A DNA stretch of 51,836 nt from Barthelona sp. PAP020 (lineage: Eukaryota): assembly GCA_040182905.1 (NCBI GenBank), contig JARQWU010000042.1, positions 1-51,836 of the forward strand, given 5' to 3'. Positions within the stretch are counted from its first letter, which is position 1. The number at the start of each line of letters is the position of its first letter. Of this stretch, positions 24,401 to 27,697 are shown one piece after another. The notes under the pieces were generated by a model that was not told the DNA's origin, ran no database searches, and was given only the letters and a program-made list of their open reading frames with translations. A program made the position numbers and the translations under genes.

Positions 24401-25922
24401 TATTATCTGCAACTCTGGTAAAACAAACATCAAAATCTTCAAAAGAATCAGATACTGATACATTAACACCAATAATCACTTCTTTATCCTCTGCAACAAC
24501 AAATGAAGCATTAGGAAATAAATAAAAGGCTGTTTTATCCTTAATAGTCAAATCTTCAACATTTAATTGAGAAGATTCAGACAAAATAATTAATCCTTCA
24601 ATATTACTTATATTTAACAAACTAAACTTTGTTAAAGGTAATAAAGTAAGATTGAACAATGAAAAATCATAAAATGACACAATTCCTTCAATTACAGTCA
24701 CATTTAATGATCCTTCAATCACATCTAACCCATTTAAACCATAAAAACTGCAATTGTACCCATCTACATTCAAAATTGTAAAAGGTTCACTGAATTCATT
24801 CCTAACATAACTGTTATAACAAAGTAATGTGGACATAACAAAAGATCCTTTCATATCACCAATAAAAATCTTAGAACCATCAATTAACGAAGTTTCTAAT
24901 TCAAAATTATCTAAACCACTTTCTCCAAGATAAAGATGAACACCATCTTTGAAATATACTTCACCTCCTTGGACAGCAAGAGACAATTTTCCACCAGTAA
25001 ATGACGTTTCACTTTGGAATTCAATGACAGCTCCAGGGCTACACTTTCCAATCGAAAATAATTGCAATTCACTGTTGATAAACAGATTTGAATCTGATAA
25101 AACATTAAGCGAACCATTCAATTTAGTGATGTATGAATCCAAATAAAGTGATGCATTTTCAAATATGGTAATATTACCAGCTCCAATCAACATGGTCATT
25201 GAATGCAATTGACATTCAGATTCACAATAAAAAGTAGATTCTTCCGATATATAGATCATTCGTGAATAAAATTCAACTTCGGATAAATAAACTTCTCCAG
25301 CTATACGAGTTACAGCTCCAAAAAAGGTAATTGGAATGTTGGAATGAAATACACCATCCAATTCACCATTTACTATTGAAAAGACTGCAATAGACGGCAG
25401 CAATGTATCATATGTACATTGTATACTGGCAAATCCACCATAAGTAAATAAACCAGTTTGTTCAACTTGCAAATAGGATTGAATATCCATTATCAATTCA
25501 CTATCTGTAATATTGAATATACCTTTACTTTGTACACCAACACCATTTGATAATCCTTTGTATTGTGATCCAATACATAAAAATACACCCGTACTAATTA
25601 TCAAACCAGATCCATTTATATGACCATAATTAAACTCAACATTTACAGCAGTTAGAGTAGCTCCATATAAAAATAACATATTTACAGATTCATCAATCGA
25701 ACCAAAAGTTAGACTATTTACAGTCAGGGAGATATCGACAATAATTTCCCCAGACGTATGATTTATTTTAACAATGGAATCTTCAGACGGTAGCATACCA
25801 TCATTCCAACAAGTTACATTCGAAAAAATACCTCCACTTTCACAAGTCCAATAAACATTACTCGAATATATAACACTAAGGTAAATTGCTAATATAATAA
25901 TGATTTGAGCTACAATACGCAT
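429..25922 (-). CDS. Giant (8497 aa) predicted cell-surface adhesin/receptor: signal peptide, beta-solenoid-like ectodomain, pectin-lyase/PMP-like beta-helix, Cys-rich repeats, ~9-TM C-terminal domain
   Basis: Uninterrupted 25.5-kb ORF, ATG to TAA. Hydrophobic N-terminus MRIVAQIIIILAIYLSVIYS. N-terminal motif YWTCESGGIFSNVTCW..G.LP. Long I/V/N/G/S/T-rich beta-strand-like body with many NxS/T sequons. YISEEGNNDLCCGDINSACKT beta-helix cap, FENCSASNGGAI motif, CxxCPxGxY repeats, then about 9 hydrophobic segments and a short polar tail. Confidence 0.9.
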   Translation of the reverse strand: MRIVAQIIIILAIYLSVIYSSNVYWTCESGGIFSNVTCWNDGMLPSEDSIVKINHTSGEIIVDISLTVNSLTFGSIDESVNMLFLYGATLTAVNVEFNYGHINGSGLIISTGVFLCIGSQYKGLSNGVGVQSKGIFNITDSELIMDIQSYLQVEQTGLFTYGGFASIQCTYDTLLPSIAVFSIVNGELDGVFHSNIPITFFGAVTRIAGEVYLSEVEFYSRMIYISEESTFYCESECQLHSMTMLIGAGNITIFENASLYLDSYITKLNGSLNVLSDSNLFINSELQLFSIGKCSPGAVIEFQSETSFTGGKLSLAVQGGEVYFKDGVHLYLGESGLDNFELETSLIDGSKIFIGDMKGSFVMSTLLCYNSYVRNEFSEPFTILNVDGYNCSFYGLNGLDVIEGSLNVTVIEGIVSFYDFSLFNLTLLPLTKFSLLNISNIEGLIILSESSQLNVEDLTIKDKTAFYLFPNASFVVAEDKEVIIGVNVSVSDSFEDFDVCFTRVADNIFLKYYVEYGYVYNMSRNANLKSCCLPSVNNYVFNSVWQMNYVWVNIIGQTRVFDCYVNKTLKYENNPEIISLFIDEYIYPFTNPVEPPTYINDTYGVVDEKYVLSANSERCAGIGARKAYCIPTLTLMHDVFSVSSFQISGSFTINGKFYYTSASQLIAEGSIIVSDDSYFYISKSEVSCQGTWIINGYLEIQQDFVFTEDCILEGNGVIEFYQDITVIFSGKSNFRGEMKFSNNVVFNTVDKNENVEFNEHFYLSMNNSELFMNTSKGIYLTLVECSNNVMEFRGQLLNISFNENITNNEIKLYAQKSLEINGYINRSEIYIYDSDFDGLFDFESTIEYLILNDVKLYAYQNLNGKFISINNCIFNMFNETDVTTSELTYQLSFKELYVNNSKMIHIYDEFDEFRSHRVYNSFDIVQIENNCNFSHINLNIYNLTLKNATLNLNMSNLNVNSSIIKEISEIKATNLFCNDTLTLNEDYEYPKNCEEYFSSNYTEFKESLSLLAIDGIFNTIYLIETDLSISIDLNIHQIITDSSNIFLIKDNEVKFEIVKNFDEISPFSSNTSGKFIITQEYYSEHSIFSHYLSNLWFDHTLVSFNEIEITNNNVTFDNVIFKDLFIKNLTIFAGNVDIYNDTFLILENIVLNDGNLILKPAKKTNITNFSFKNGFIYNSQSVYIHSKLVWYQGGLYNSQFYILEDVDIQLIQNFDKYIKFNSTLFVSQSLIFDDVIFYGSNRAIISCDEDIYLRGSSSFIFESSEVPSFDQSYLYDTTLFAPIVLPDGVDSWPILHTDKTLHFDSGSPLVQFNVSSGKIVLQPPVDAKMGGGLVVLDEFDIPGTETDFVRVLLTGASIFGFNSKLTSSALTDDSYLSALTDGWIRFGGNFNTTHDFLSVGGIMEFVPGFDAYFATITVDGGKVVFSSVPSHVLVNNYEKWSLDRVLINGGTLTFVKLQLPLFIDTIELFNGNINFVDLVDTVEFNSITITGGVFKFGKMQKPLSFKKFNVTNAILTFESTLPITIETLIIYNTTLNGTDNIIIKYASFEHFSIIDGVTLNVSESMQFFGELHLNNTILYSSKYAFFMNSTINYYNTIIFGDLVAMTDTIINQIDITDTYSKIVANTNLLLELDFILNNLHFNVPFEYKTQTYYDVNLRTSLFAKNISLIDPIDFGVAAGVLKEFHAKENATLSFASDVRLISNLIIVGPIYLKTTSKFRFENSSCIIKGYISNDFDFPSLTIIDSDLIIEKTATIPSNRIESYNSNITIAKYQHSDSFLRIYAEDTTINFDFKLDTLILNEFTLYNSFVTINDDNMFEIIVNTHIYLVNSSISLTDIQPLFIHEITAQFTTLTILNINTTINNIVNLHSNVSFNTIETKPINIVNFTLDGNILPFWDSYFCVNDYLFIENLIQTGSKLIIGEHSFDTSIIHNYLWNGGAIGGSNKIFINNLNISKDNCFLVDDYTHLFIEELKMFDSILRMNELTILETNDLYLHNVKLFFNYLHLRLPSIEYIYNYEDIWPQIIINNQGIITETCEFTMKLMSKNELIFTNATISGYIYLDSNNTLITNESLIDVSWSFVEFKENFTVSNDSIFKCQKYSHVFIKGDLPTFNVSVDQSNLYIESKILNSSSTNTYIYSTRSTVYFENSIEENSTFTEVSNTFGQIIFNSNHIMLEKVILSSGSLKYNVNGALIKNIISSGYSHLIEPDVQFIDNVKSFISNGTFDGFLIVTSSNVIISNSTFTNCLIIGSVHSNINFGVYNELIGADIGLNQFSAINIEEGDFHFSNAKIYHYRIKSGEYLPSLITVKGNFYTYGEILIESHITVANTGKWYKKTENTVSLKCTHLNIYGSLYLDKGSIYLDEDCSQNQLYGVDYEVFIRFWYGSILTQTDNSTNTDYGRFSIDSTNIQVYFNGKYYISDYFHWDLPAKITIQSHAEIKVRKWEFSEGQIVSEKFVLGYYEEGLTMICTDNGNQNLHIINDIHFKKINFRCTQTLIYYSYNDIIIDDLIINAGTSSMYDMGSLTILKSEMVESAYSHATVLFQSGTVLNVTEIIARKGFIRFVNFTTTYAPKISYSSSCQLYFDTVNTIYLDYINAPNYASLYFVRITSVNLPSTLNIALGHIHFQYCIDLIQVTNLFVYSGALYFENSKAEFYLVEVYNGVFGGSGGTISILEKFLWTGGEINYAVFNIDCRVHVEGTLNKIYRGATFNGYQGYELTGDFIITGVFGTWNIFNGMNYTIHNSVQFDCNDCTKIENHGLLIFEKGGYSHWKINNYDNVTIVENNMLFGRGGGTNYHSIWGAPSSVMTFDSGSFTTESTGFIGPPSVTLNCINSNNMRMYGQLYPKVLQMSAGGWIFYANSEMQLDKVTISNGYINFIEVINNVRPFFANLTEYDPDFIGTTPATMKEFFTFDLTCTGSGNIYYDTIHNNITFDSWIIKDRCHLHFIDIIFSSLILPPLTLDEGGKLSFINNNGWFESFSNPIIRLNHEYSYIQFNTELLVTSPTCQFLLGTSEGYDHIKCGTIEIKDANLINGQYSSDYVSILEDASGEIHTNVIIQAHQLLDFGDKTDLHLNGKLISDTAVSSLDYHVAVSGSGIFESYGSLNINHDVDFTCSIYLHENSITNITDGHTFIIGASEIEGTINFGEEADLKFICIAGRSFTFHDRFSTFSETSKLLGSGGSLLGDDNFSCNSQTDYIIYFRGYYDINPIFTHPSYDAIYFTEPAKLDINEIYVSHGLVSVELCTTLEGGPWEIDKIVTANDGQVLLGELEELKLEEMIVTGGINMIRSVEEMKSFNALTITGGYVLLTTGQDIYMNELRLEGGWRLGGDTFYVNKLVWIHGGFIGPGKTVVLGDAYIYSTHEHMMGYNSLQACNFLTNPTCDMDAIAAKLEIYGKTYIHSDVQFSGCEGENRISFFGGVEIVNSNFKAREEWFDGRVIDYYGSFKLGCPLGEGCSKNLAKLIPKPLCGGGQYFGRTAWLSDGKSNLGGRTSRSNIQLLFYGNVTIKNSYVEFSSGTIILRSNVTLLLYDSTLKTEQNPVGALGSKIMLTRGSKFIYKGRAIYSNEIVQGYLSEFFSEIIDDDSYEELKNLSAPVISIEHAKYKGLSLCNGQIIRNNFSLSMTTVYLNGVYLVVDENSKLNIYAMVLQKRDKQAVYVGFVLPEDKFCYGTLLFGSKQTNEIKSLHLDVYPNGYISFLSSNIVHFETLILEGGKILGTKEANVSTFEWIKGTLNGGFVMHVYGQVIFSGSSSKYLSGATVNSYGSSEYLGVGKLYINDNGKFINSGKFMVKRSAEIGYSSAIMGSFINNSTLIIQPPTTLFIVNVKFDSFESSNVSVIDSMLRLGGGGTFEGELYIDGGTLFIGDSDRNSTVYEFLMTNTSLLYIDGELSVYKSGYLICEGVVMSPQNISIYDGKIEFRNGATLTNLENVIVLGGELFFKRLSNLPLILNIMELHDGNVYFSTNDIVKINVFELYDGLRSSDDEVQVYEKFIWKGGGVNNNSTTRIMKGALAEIYRSDNGFMGNYSVLINEGTLVFVVNSDPFAVLKVSYLNTGNYSGIINYGEIQINQKTTIQPTEDVYQSYIDNYGVLTVKSSTKLYTNFTNYNKTIVYQGTFAIFGGGENHANFTFIGNVDFFISGKFIFLNTSVLLSSKVSVRFDQVSNSENELIFNGTLEFSEISFYDEGLVLFLSDSTLPNLPNVENAGSTVMLMPRNNSFAINEFRGVVGTFEFMSDFKVDINHVILTGGYICGTDHVTVINDMLWQQGGICGDVIVDNLGTLYIKNEITVPFIDPALLPTLELQLLDNAVFCSAGYAETTNPILFRGAPTAEFMNNGTFIINTYATWTGLRTFGDVFGSTLINVTGTNNTIDIYDDVAIFRNVGFLQGKPTGKEFSTSWRMILEDGVVDANMESIVFLNGGNATEGRLNISNAALFESDYVFMEDSSIYGHNVLITIDSTVIIGGEYCITGEKSLVQGNGTLIFTSTVTFCNDSVFNLCGLNLTIVGDDVSIDSMNLDCGSCRLGDAKLTVKQLIIGDGCLDARGDTIVTDAFLTLYDDFYPSFHNSTMIIEGNNSVIDTDVYLYDSHIFISNSSVLHVCGDSLIEGYDSTIENSGKITKSLSKCGINGELVELNITLNQFETGQILIQTGGISFSSDYIELDGLFTLESLGYMYIYATTHFNGSATMEILEGGILEWKKNETLKLEGITIKTNTKLNVSNGVLELLNGKLDLSKPINVIDNGILVINNLIDDSLLDSTCNQGKFVLNSTDIKGKFDAINCNFNMYDTVIITESNIHLCELYSNNVVFLNENSILNDVILDVSQLLINKGYFRNSILLANQTQQTLININGDGYLGIEHSVDIVYNGSTPYEAVNIHCSGILHISSSLYTQKIDIVSNGIIYIEKDGLFSLIKDVPLIPMGSLTILSNCASFNVSGVFEGGNVLVEQSFIKGLEGIIYVYDTMIVKSTVIEFEGCFIMNFGNFQIIEASIINNLHICNVSAAYDIENRANILITQSEFLKNIIFGIVEDANITISGVFGNSDFGELYFDTLINSTVSITTNSTIPSKFYGNINFKNVGETIVSIDELENVKTIQFDQITKKSQIFLADSFVADKIYASRVQNSSLDVQIIKRLTSPIDIQIDNVEKNSTVFVNTIDVDHLLTSSISDSNFTVRNFYANFIDLPNEVKSNVKLYHGFSLVDIYSHLNLDTLIDSNIFIESEAGSPTKLLLNTSFNMVRSSFNTSSTNECMINMTACAATIGDNSLFALNGYWVLDMGIVMLSNSNISLLGNRADLESEHFNFENFNCLENSVIKTAYFDSKETFFGYCEIQANDVELEKVSFIDGTTYFTDACQINVNKLFTWQDGNIVGDKNVKMHVLSTVETMRIALMKNNSMKKEYPLDFDIPVCPTLITDKNITIDNMGNNLKATIEWCWDMNEEINITKGVLDIAGNTTCSDVISVPLNEVSELDITGTFDGDENCDILANGLIYIHTYNSQVNLLGTLEANELLKMEDGLLDLRQTTLNKLVLDWTSGVILFRDSQGKQLIIPILKDDSVVLTDSNEFELVRVGLFYSDEMRLLKMKSDILIIDNQYSGEFECSGDTVLTNVTFKNTVGGNIELKEGCTIVNLLELNINGGNVSFYENFNGFLLNPDINDGRLYIDCNGVINNSTFDTINMTGGTFNHQLCDNTNTTVEKLLMSGNCTLDIDDALNDPEFVIEKWNWEYSGSISEESNIVITEKVEWAGSKETFSTKILESNCTIRIPENVTLSLVKNNIIVLEQDSDLSFESNSNLVFDDASSTKIDGNNTFKVPEQVNVSVDGIVEIKTPFVFDEVVDVKGTLIISGGCDVDSFGKPLHLNGGTLIIKSYCLIRDTITGYGNVIVEKEIGHLVMQNTASSDLTFTVKGEMDTLSSSTFEKLVVTIDTGYLNMDGNIQELTATLNNDDSLLQSYGNCGLKEVTVNNNGIVEFKNNSVLKPLIDSIIQVNDGYVGFENDLISDFSDNFGRIVQESGEVSFNSTQLSGWELYELNNGIVTFNSGNEPQNIVNVAQNGGIISGTDNLNLTNHLWKGGEIELMFNTSYSDISTNGVKRLDNCVYAINVHGTQDCQAAIDTDTKYKFIVEENATMELQTGLCFSGDTNSVFEITGVTDVAGETIMNVTTVVDGILNVENELIMRNSKPIFVNNSGTLNVEDYKELIIESELNNDGNVNSNGTINFMSGKLVQNGVYLGDNHSIITGNGTFNFVGHSVSTNVNMDVVKVGNIEVKGESRVNNLNGNFSDSTFELLEAASIIGVGELNFENSDFFVRNGTTFIAHNFILNLEDNSLGKFEFNTNVDVTDSNLTVDSSQFIWDTHNTSKFKEVDFISGLFGLNTDFEVEIMIHKNGTRTYPGNLYIDDLDWYKTGEYEGISKTIVSKLNIHDCVSCNLTNDHQMIVNDYGLLSTDLGIVRNSSFIVNNSCSMYVDGCFNDLDESDDGFVLNYGNVTIQSAVSNVSMINYVIGDIYIPQNNSLLIEGTFDNFGEVINNGFLETVDKIKFYPSSYLYGNDTGVLKSINSSISEFNGTIEYYGDWFIEGEVYVSKDSIHKNAYYNVSENGLLDYSSANTDNILIYLTDNSTVKINGGAKIPAEKNEKPNKVYQNQGTVIFENSAEQIEFKECSFIDGNFTFVEHDTYCQYFYSDNGILLGNSSILAEKMNLKKTNFSLNLNITINDTLICEDDINLIDDVSLNSLNSTLFLDGINIYSDGQPKVKLCGNTTLSNNDLIRYNINDDPVILLYGQIVQYGNCSFDWPTYLYGNYILTNNNTLDLTKYMKIESNPVGNLTIQNNSIVDSHATFESSGIVDVMGGLKIGMYGFFNSNSTLQTFNNGEIQLYNSSVVDTHANGSLLNVSFENGDFVMYSDANINCLILNGVAEEQSHASIAGKLQLISGMVENVETVINGNVEHITDLKVGDNLIINGNVEKVDHLVLYKDGNSSIGNNVDMNNSFVEVNDSAMIKLFACDTTMNLTINDNGDVVLENSINKVELNTLILNGGYFNAESLNVSTLIMNDGDINNSNVISSLIELKSGIINNCSIVSTDLLLNTTSSMALMNTQLQSLETPIINNISTIHVDENTVIDIPTLNLTDPLLLLMLPGSEGLATLNCDEINVDSAGSILYVRHELNSTLYIPPNCSISFGNLTLNADLYLNNSGIGSVAVPATFGNDVTIHVEGKSYFDGKLNLTNGKVAMNGLLHVFGDAIITNTTIENLELKSNTFFNISGKATIGGNFIVDPMTIFNMKVGDAVTLLKADEIEGEWNFKINCANNIQINYEEKEINLVLAFAPRGEINQEIYISEEGNNDLCCGDINSACKTVSYARNKILRNGTIIFIDGYYPIKEYAIKIPSRTQYTLKGYKNNAVIDCEGKDGLILNQVSEFYLINLSFINCKHALRVIQSELYVQDLKISDTVTAIEISHSQVNIEDFTLISNVSLAYEIKEQSVVNLNSEFVSSSAFLDAYDSIVKFDSLFLFNLSKPIKLHHAVLIGSDIESIQQNSTLFEIYSSDVVVDSIDVEDITYVFAAEDSEMDIEALNIKNATIGQLYRSNIYSNITVNNYDFNETIVELISSSGNVTLSFEDFTIHEPIEPVLCAGIDNSALNVPYVTLKDSSLTLSDTILSNVENSVIEGIGSSLTLNNVKIENSTSEEPLFKMLKMFDENNVTIHELNVKNASSSSEGCVLKTDGQLIVNASNFENIISSTFGGVIASTNILHVSQSTFENCSASNGGAIALVREFELNTYDYSEINLTKCSHIISETLFTKCNADIGSAVFYNQECAPIIDLVSCSECAAESYGNCEATDPRAIVATAKLSSVSSSTFYSFSAIVIDGFEQQALVGNSQTFSANPTTTLSTKGLVEGVFDKSSGTISDLEFSGSPGVYSIPISSPYLKGTFVDIEIFSCPEGEGVYEGECKACPVGTYNDQPTSGQCTECPYGQWAEEGSTGCYVCPAGSQRTETDVGCSICPGNTYNPVIQGTCEECPLNMKPDSKHISCQCSEELFLLDGTCQMCPTGLKCLGGGLTCIDSGYFNDTDGIVKKCVSGGCLGTCASNGTILENSICKDGSYGETCSECAVNYYRENNSCVECSPAIFNWLILVLSILTNIAYFALLIQASLKDFWSGSYVLSQLWTFQMIAASGHILATVMPKSLSKVLWYLDVLLLDLSKEPLISCLFSNYGGFIYKFRVNAIAPIILTIISFILAKSVQSIDKNLPIVVFFAFVPSSVHTFFHLFATEQYSNTVVLYFQNSITYLSNEWIQLCIIGTICLLPSIYFWIKNVSKSVVEFVTVSPADDIFNHPKISFSFVMGYSIVMNGMLFFFFSSNIIISCIALTSTLITMGVSQNLKFFKETKHNADNVATSSSNCDALFRSYLIIIMAIYLLLIFISFDTDLVDDSGVNIVALIICCFIIFAFVRNGVVLLYNKATGKVDSSNVKASFHHNPIKNPLVFERGSYLQNTIPTSSDSSNSDL
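1575..2132 (-). repeat. Cys-rich CxxCPxG(T/Q)Y repeats (GCC2/GCC3, ephrin-receptor-like type) in the juxtamembrane stalk of the giant protein
   Basis: CKACPVGTYN, CTECPYGQW, CYVCPAGSQ, CSICPGNTYN, CEECPLN, CQMCPTG, CSECAVNYY in tandem. Confidence 0.85.
2510..3945 (-). repeat. Right-handed beta-helix (pectin-lyase-like) region with PMP-like GGAI/FxxN-type repeats
   Basis: Cap motif IYISEEGNNDLCCGDINSACKTVSYA, then IDCEG..GL, and FENIISSTFGGVI / FENCSASNGGAI / FTKCNADIGSAV. Confidence 0.7.
6720..22360 (-). repeat. Degenerate long-period protein repeat marked by a W-x-x-G-x-[ILV] motif (at least 11 copies)
   Basis: VWYQGGL (~22350), LWNGGAI (~20115), LWTGGEI (~17885), VWIHGGF (~15900), EWIKGTL (~14740), IWKGGGV (~13945), LWQQGGI (~13135), TWQDGNI (~9845), NWEYSGSI (~8765), LWKGGEI (~7730), DWYKTGEY (~6735). 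Several are preceded by L.L.GG...G.D.V.V. Confidence 0.7.
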
Positions 25923-26325
25923 GCTTCAAACAAAAAAAAAATGTTGGTTATTTTTATAGTTTGAAAAAAAAAGAAAAACAATGTATATCTTCATATCACT
26001 CCATATATCAACTATTTGAAAATGAAATATGAATGCTTGCGTCAATTTGCAATTAAAAAGATCGAAAGTTTGATTGACCAAATCTTCACAATATTTTTAT
26101 CCTCCTTTCAAACATTTATTTATTTTCTCCCATTCACTTTGAATTCCAAGAAAAAATAAGAAAGCTTTGTCATATTTGGAAAAATTATTGTTATCTCTGA
26201 AAAAATCAAAAGTTGTTGAAAGTGTTCTTTGCTTTTCGTATTCAGCTAAATAATAATTATTATTGATAATTAACGTAAAAAATTGAAAAAATTTACTTTT
26301 TTGAAAAAATCATAATATTTTTAAA

Positions 26326-27564
26326 ATGTCCGATGAAATAACGATTCAATATGAAGATTATGCAAATTTTGGAAAACTGTTGGAAAACTTAGGGCAATTG
26401 ATGCCAGACGAAGATAATTCAAGATTATTACAAAATAATTATTCCAAATTATTTTCAAATCCTCCTTTAGACACATTTAATGAAATTGTTAGCACAGAAG
26501 ATCGAATAAATAGAGAAAATTTTTTGCAAATACTTTTATGGCCGCAACCAAACGACATGAAATATTTTTGTGAAATATTAGAATCCAAAAACAATATACT
26601 TCAATATTTTTTGGGACAATTATATTTGAGATATATTGAATGCATTCCGTTGATAGTTTCTTTCATCAACTTCAATGGATTATCATGTTTAATAAAATTA
26701 TTATCACATGAAAATGTATTTATTTGTTCACAAGCTTTATCATTATTAAATAACTGGATAAACTACACCATTGATGACGCTTCAAAGTGGATTGATGTTG
26801 GACAATTGAATTTTTGTGTTATATTATGTAGATTTGCAGATGATCCTTTCCCAAATGCCTCTATGTTAGCAGCTCAGACACTACACAGATATTTGTTTAT
26901 TTGTTACGAGGTTTTCGGTAATGATATGAGACTTTCCTTTCAGTTGGCAGAACTTTTACGAAAATGGATTGCGTTAATACCTTGTCCCCCAAGGGAAATA
27001 TTAGAAGATATTTTGAATAAATACAAAATTAAAACACCACCAGTGGTTGATTCACACCAGCAAATTGAAAAAGACTCTGAAAAAGTTAATTGTTGTGTTA
27101 AATCCACATCAAAAAATGGGAAAAAAGAAAATGTTGATCAAAATGCATGGAAAAGATTTAAAGATGAAGGCAATCAGTTATTGTTGAATAAAGAATTGGA
27201 TAAGGCCTTAGAAAAATATATTTTTGCATTACAATATGCTTATAACCCAGAAAGTTTGTCCACTTTGCATTCAAACATATCACATTGTTATTATTTATTA
27301 GAAAATTATGAAAAATCATTAGAACATGCGTTAAAATTAAAAGAAATTAATCCTGAACATGATAAAGTTCATGTAAGATTAATCAATAGTTTTTTAGCTT
27401 TGAAAAATCTTCAAGACGCACAAAAATGTTTACAGGAGATAAAGGACCCAAAAATTTTCAAATTTTTGAACAAAAAATATCAAACAACTGCAATTGAAAT
27501 AAAAAGGCAATCTGTTATTGGGTCTTATTGGGATGTCATGAATAAGAAAAAAGGGAAAAAATAA
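26326..27564 (+). CDS. ARM-like N-terminal region plus C-terminal 3-TPR domain (Hsp70/Hsp90 co-chaperone type)
   Basis: TPR helices WKRFKDEGNQLL, LHSNISHCYYLLENYEKSLEHA, PEHDKVHVRL. Helical ARM-like segment NGLSCLIKLLSHENVFICSQALSLL. Confidence 0.75.
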   Translation: MSDEITIQYEDYANFGKLLENLGQLMPDEDNSRLLQNNYSKLFSNPPLDTFNEIVSTEDRINRENFLQILLWPQPNDMKYFCEILESKNNILQYFLGQLYLRYIECIPLIVSFINFNGLSCLIKLLSHENVFICSQALSLLNNWINYTIDDASKWIDVGQLNFCVILCRFADDPFPNASMLAAQTLHRYLFICYEVFGNDMRLSFQLAELLRKWIALIPCPPREILEDILNKYKIKTPPVVDSHQQIEKDSEKVNCCVKSTSKNGKKENVDQNAWKRFKDEGNQLLLNKELDKALEKYIFALQYAYNPESLSTLHSNISHCYYLLENYEKSLEHALKLKEINPEHDKVHVRLINSFLALKNLQDAQKCLQEIKDPKIFKFLNKKYQTTAIEIKRQSVIGSYWDVMNKKKGKK

Positions 27565-27697
27565 TGTGAAATCTCTTTTCATTTATTTATTGTTGATATT
27601 AATAAAAGGATTTTTTTTTTTTTTGTAAAAAAAAAGTTACAAAAAAAAAACCAAGAAGAAAAAAAAAAATGTAAAGGATTATTTTTTCACCATATTT

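Noticed and set aside
544..25146. Dozens of 60-180 aa ORFs overlapping the giant gene, mostly antisense
   Set aside because: Shadow ORFs expected opposite an AT-rich coding strand. Many start at non-ATG codons and none has recognisable motifs.
26265..26280. TAACGT motif seen in three spacers (~371, ~26271, ~38047) as a possible promoter element
   Set aside because: A short motif with inconsistent position and orientation relative to starts, and not seen upstream of most genes.
27600..27680. A/T homopolymer tracts and an AAG(A)nTGTAAA similarity to 345-367
   Set aside because: Low-complexity sequence; not evidence of a mobile element or repeat family.
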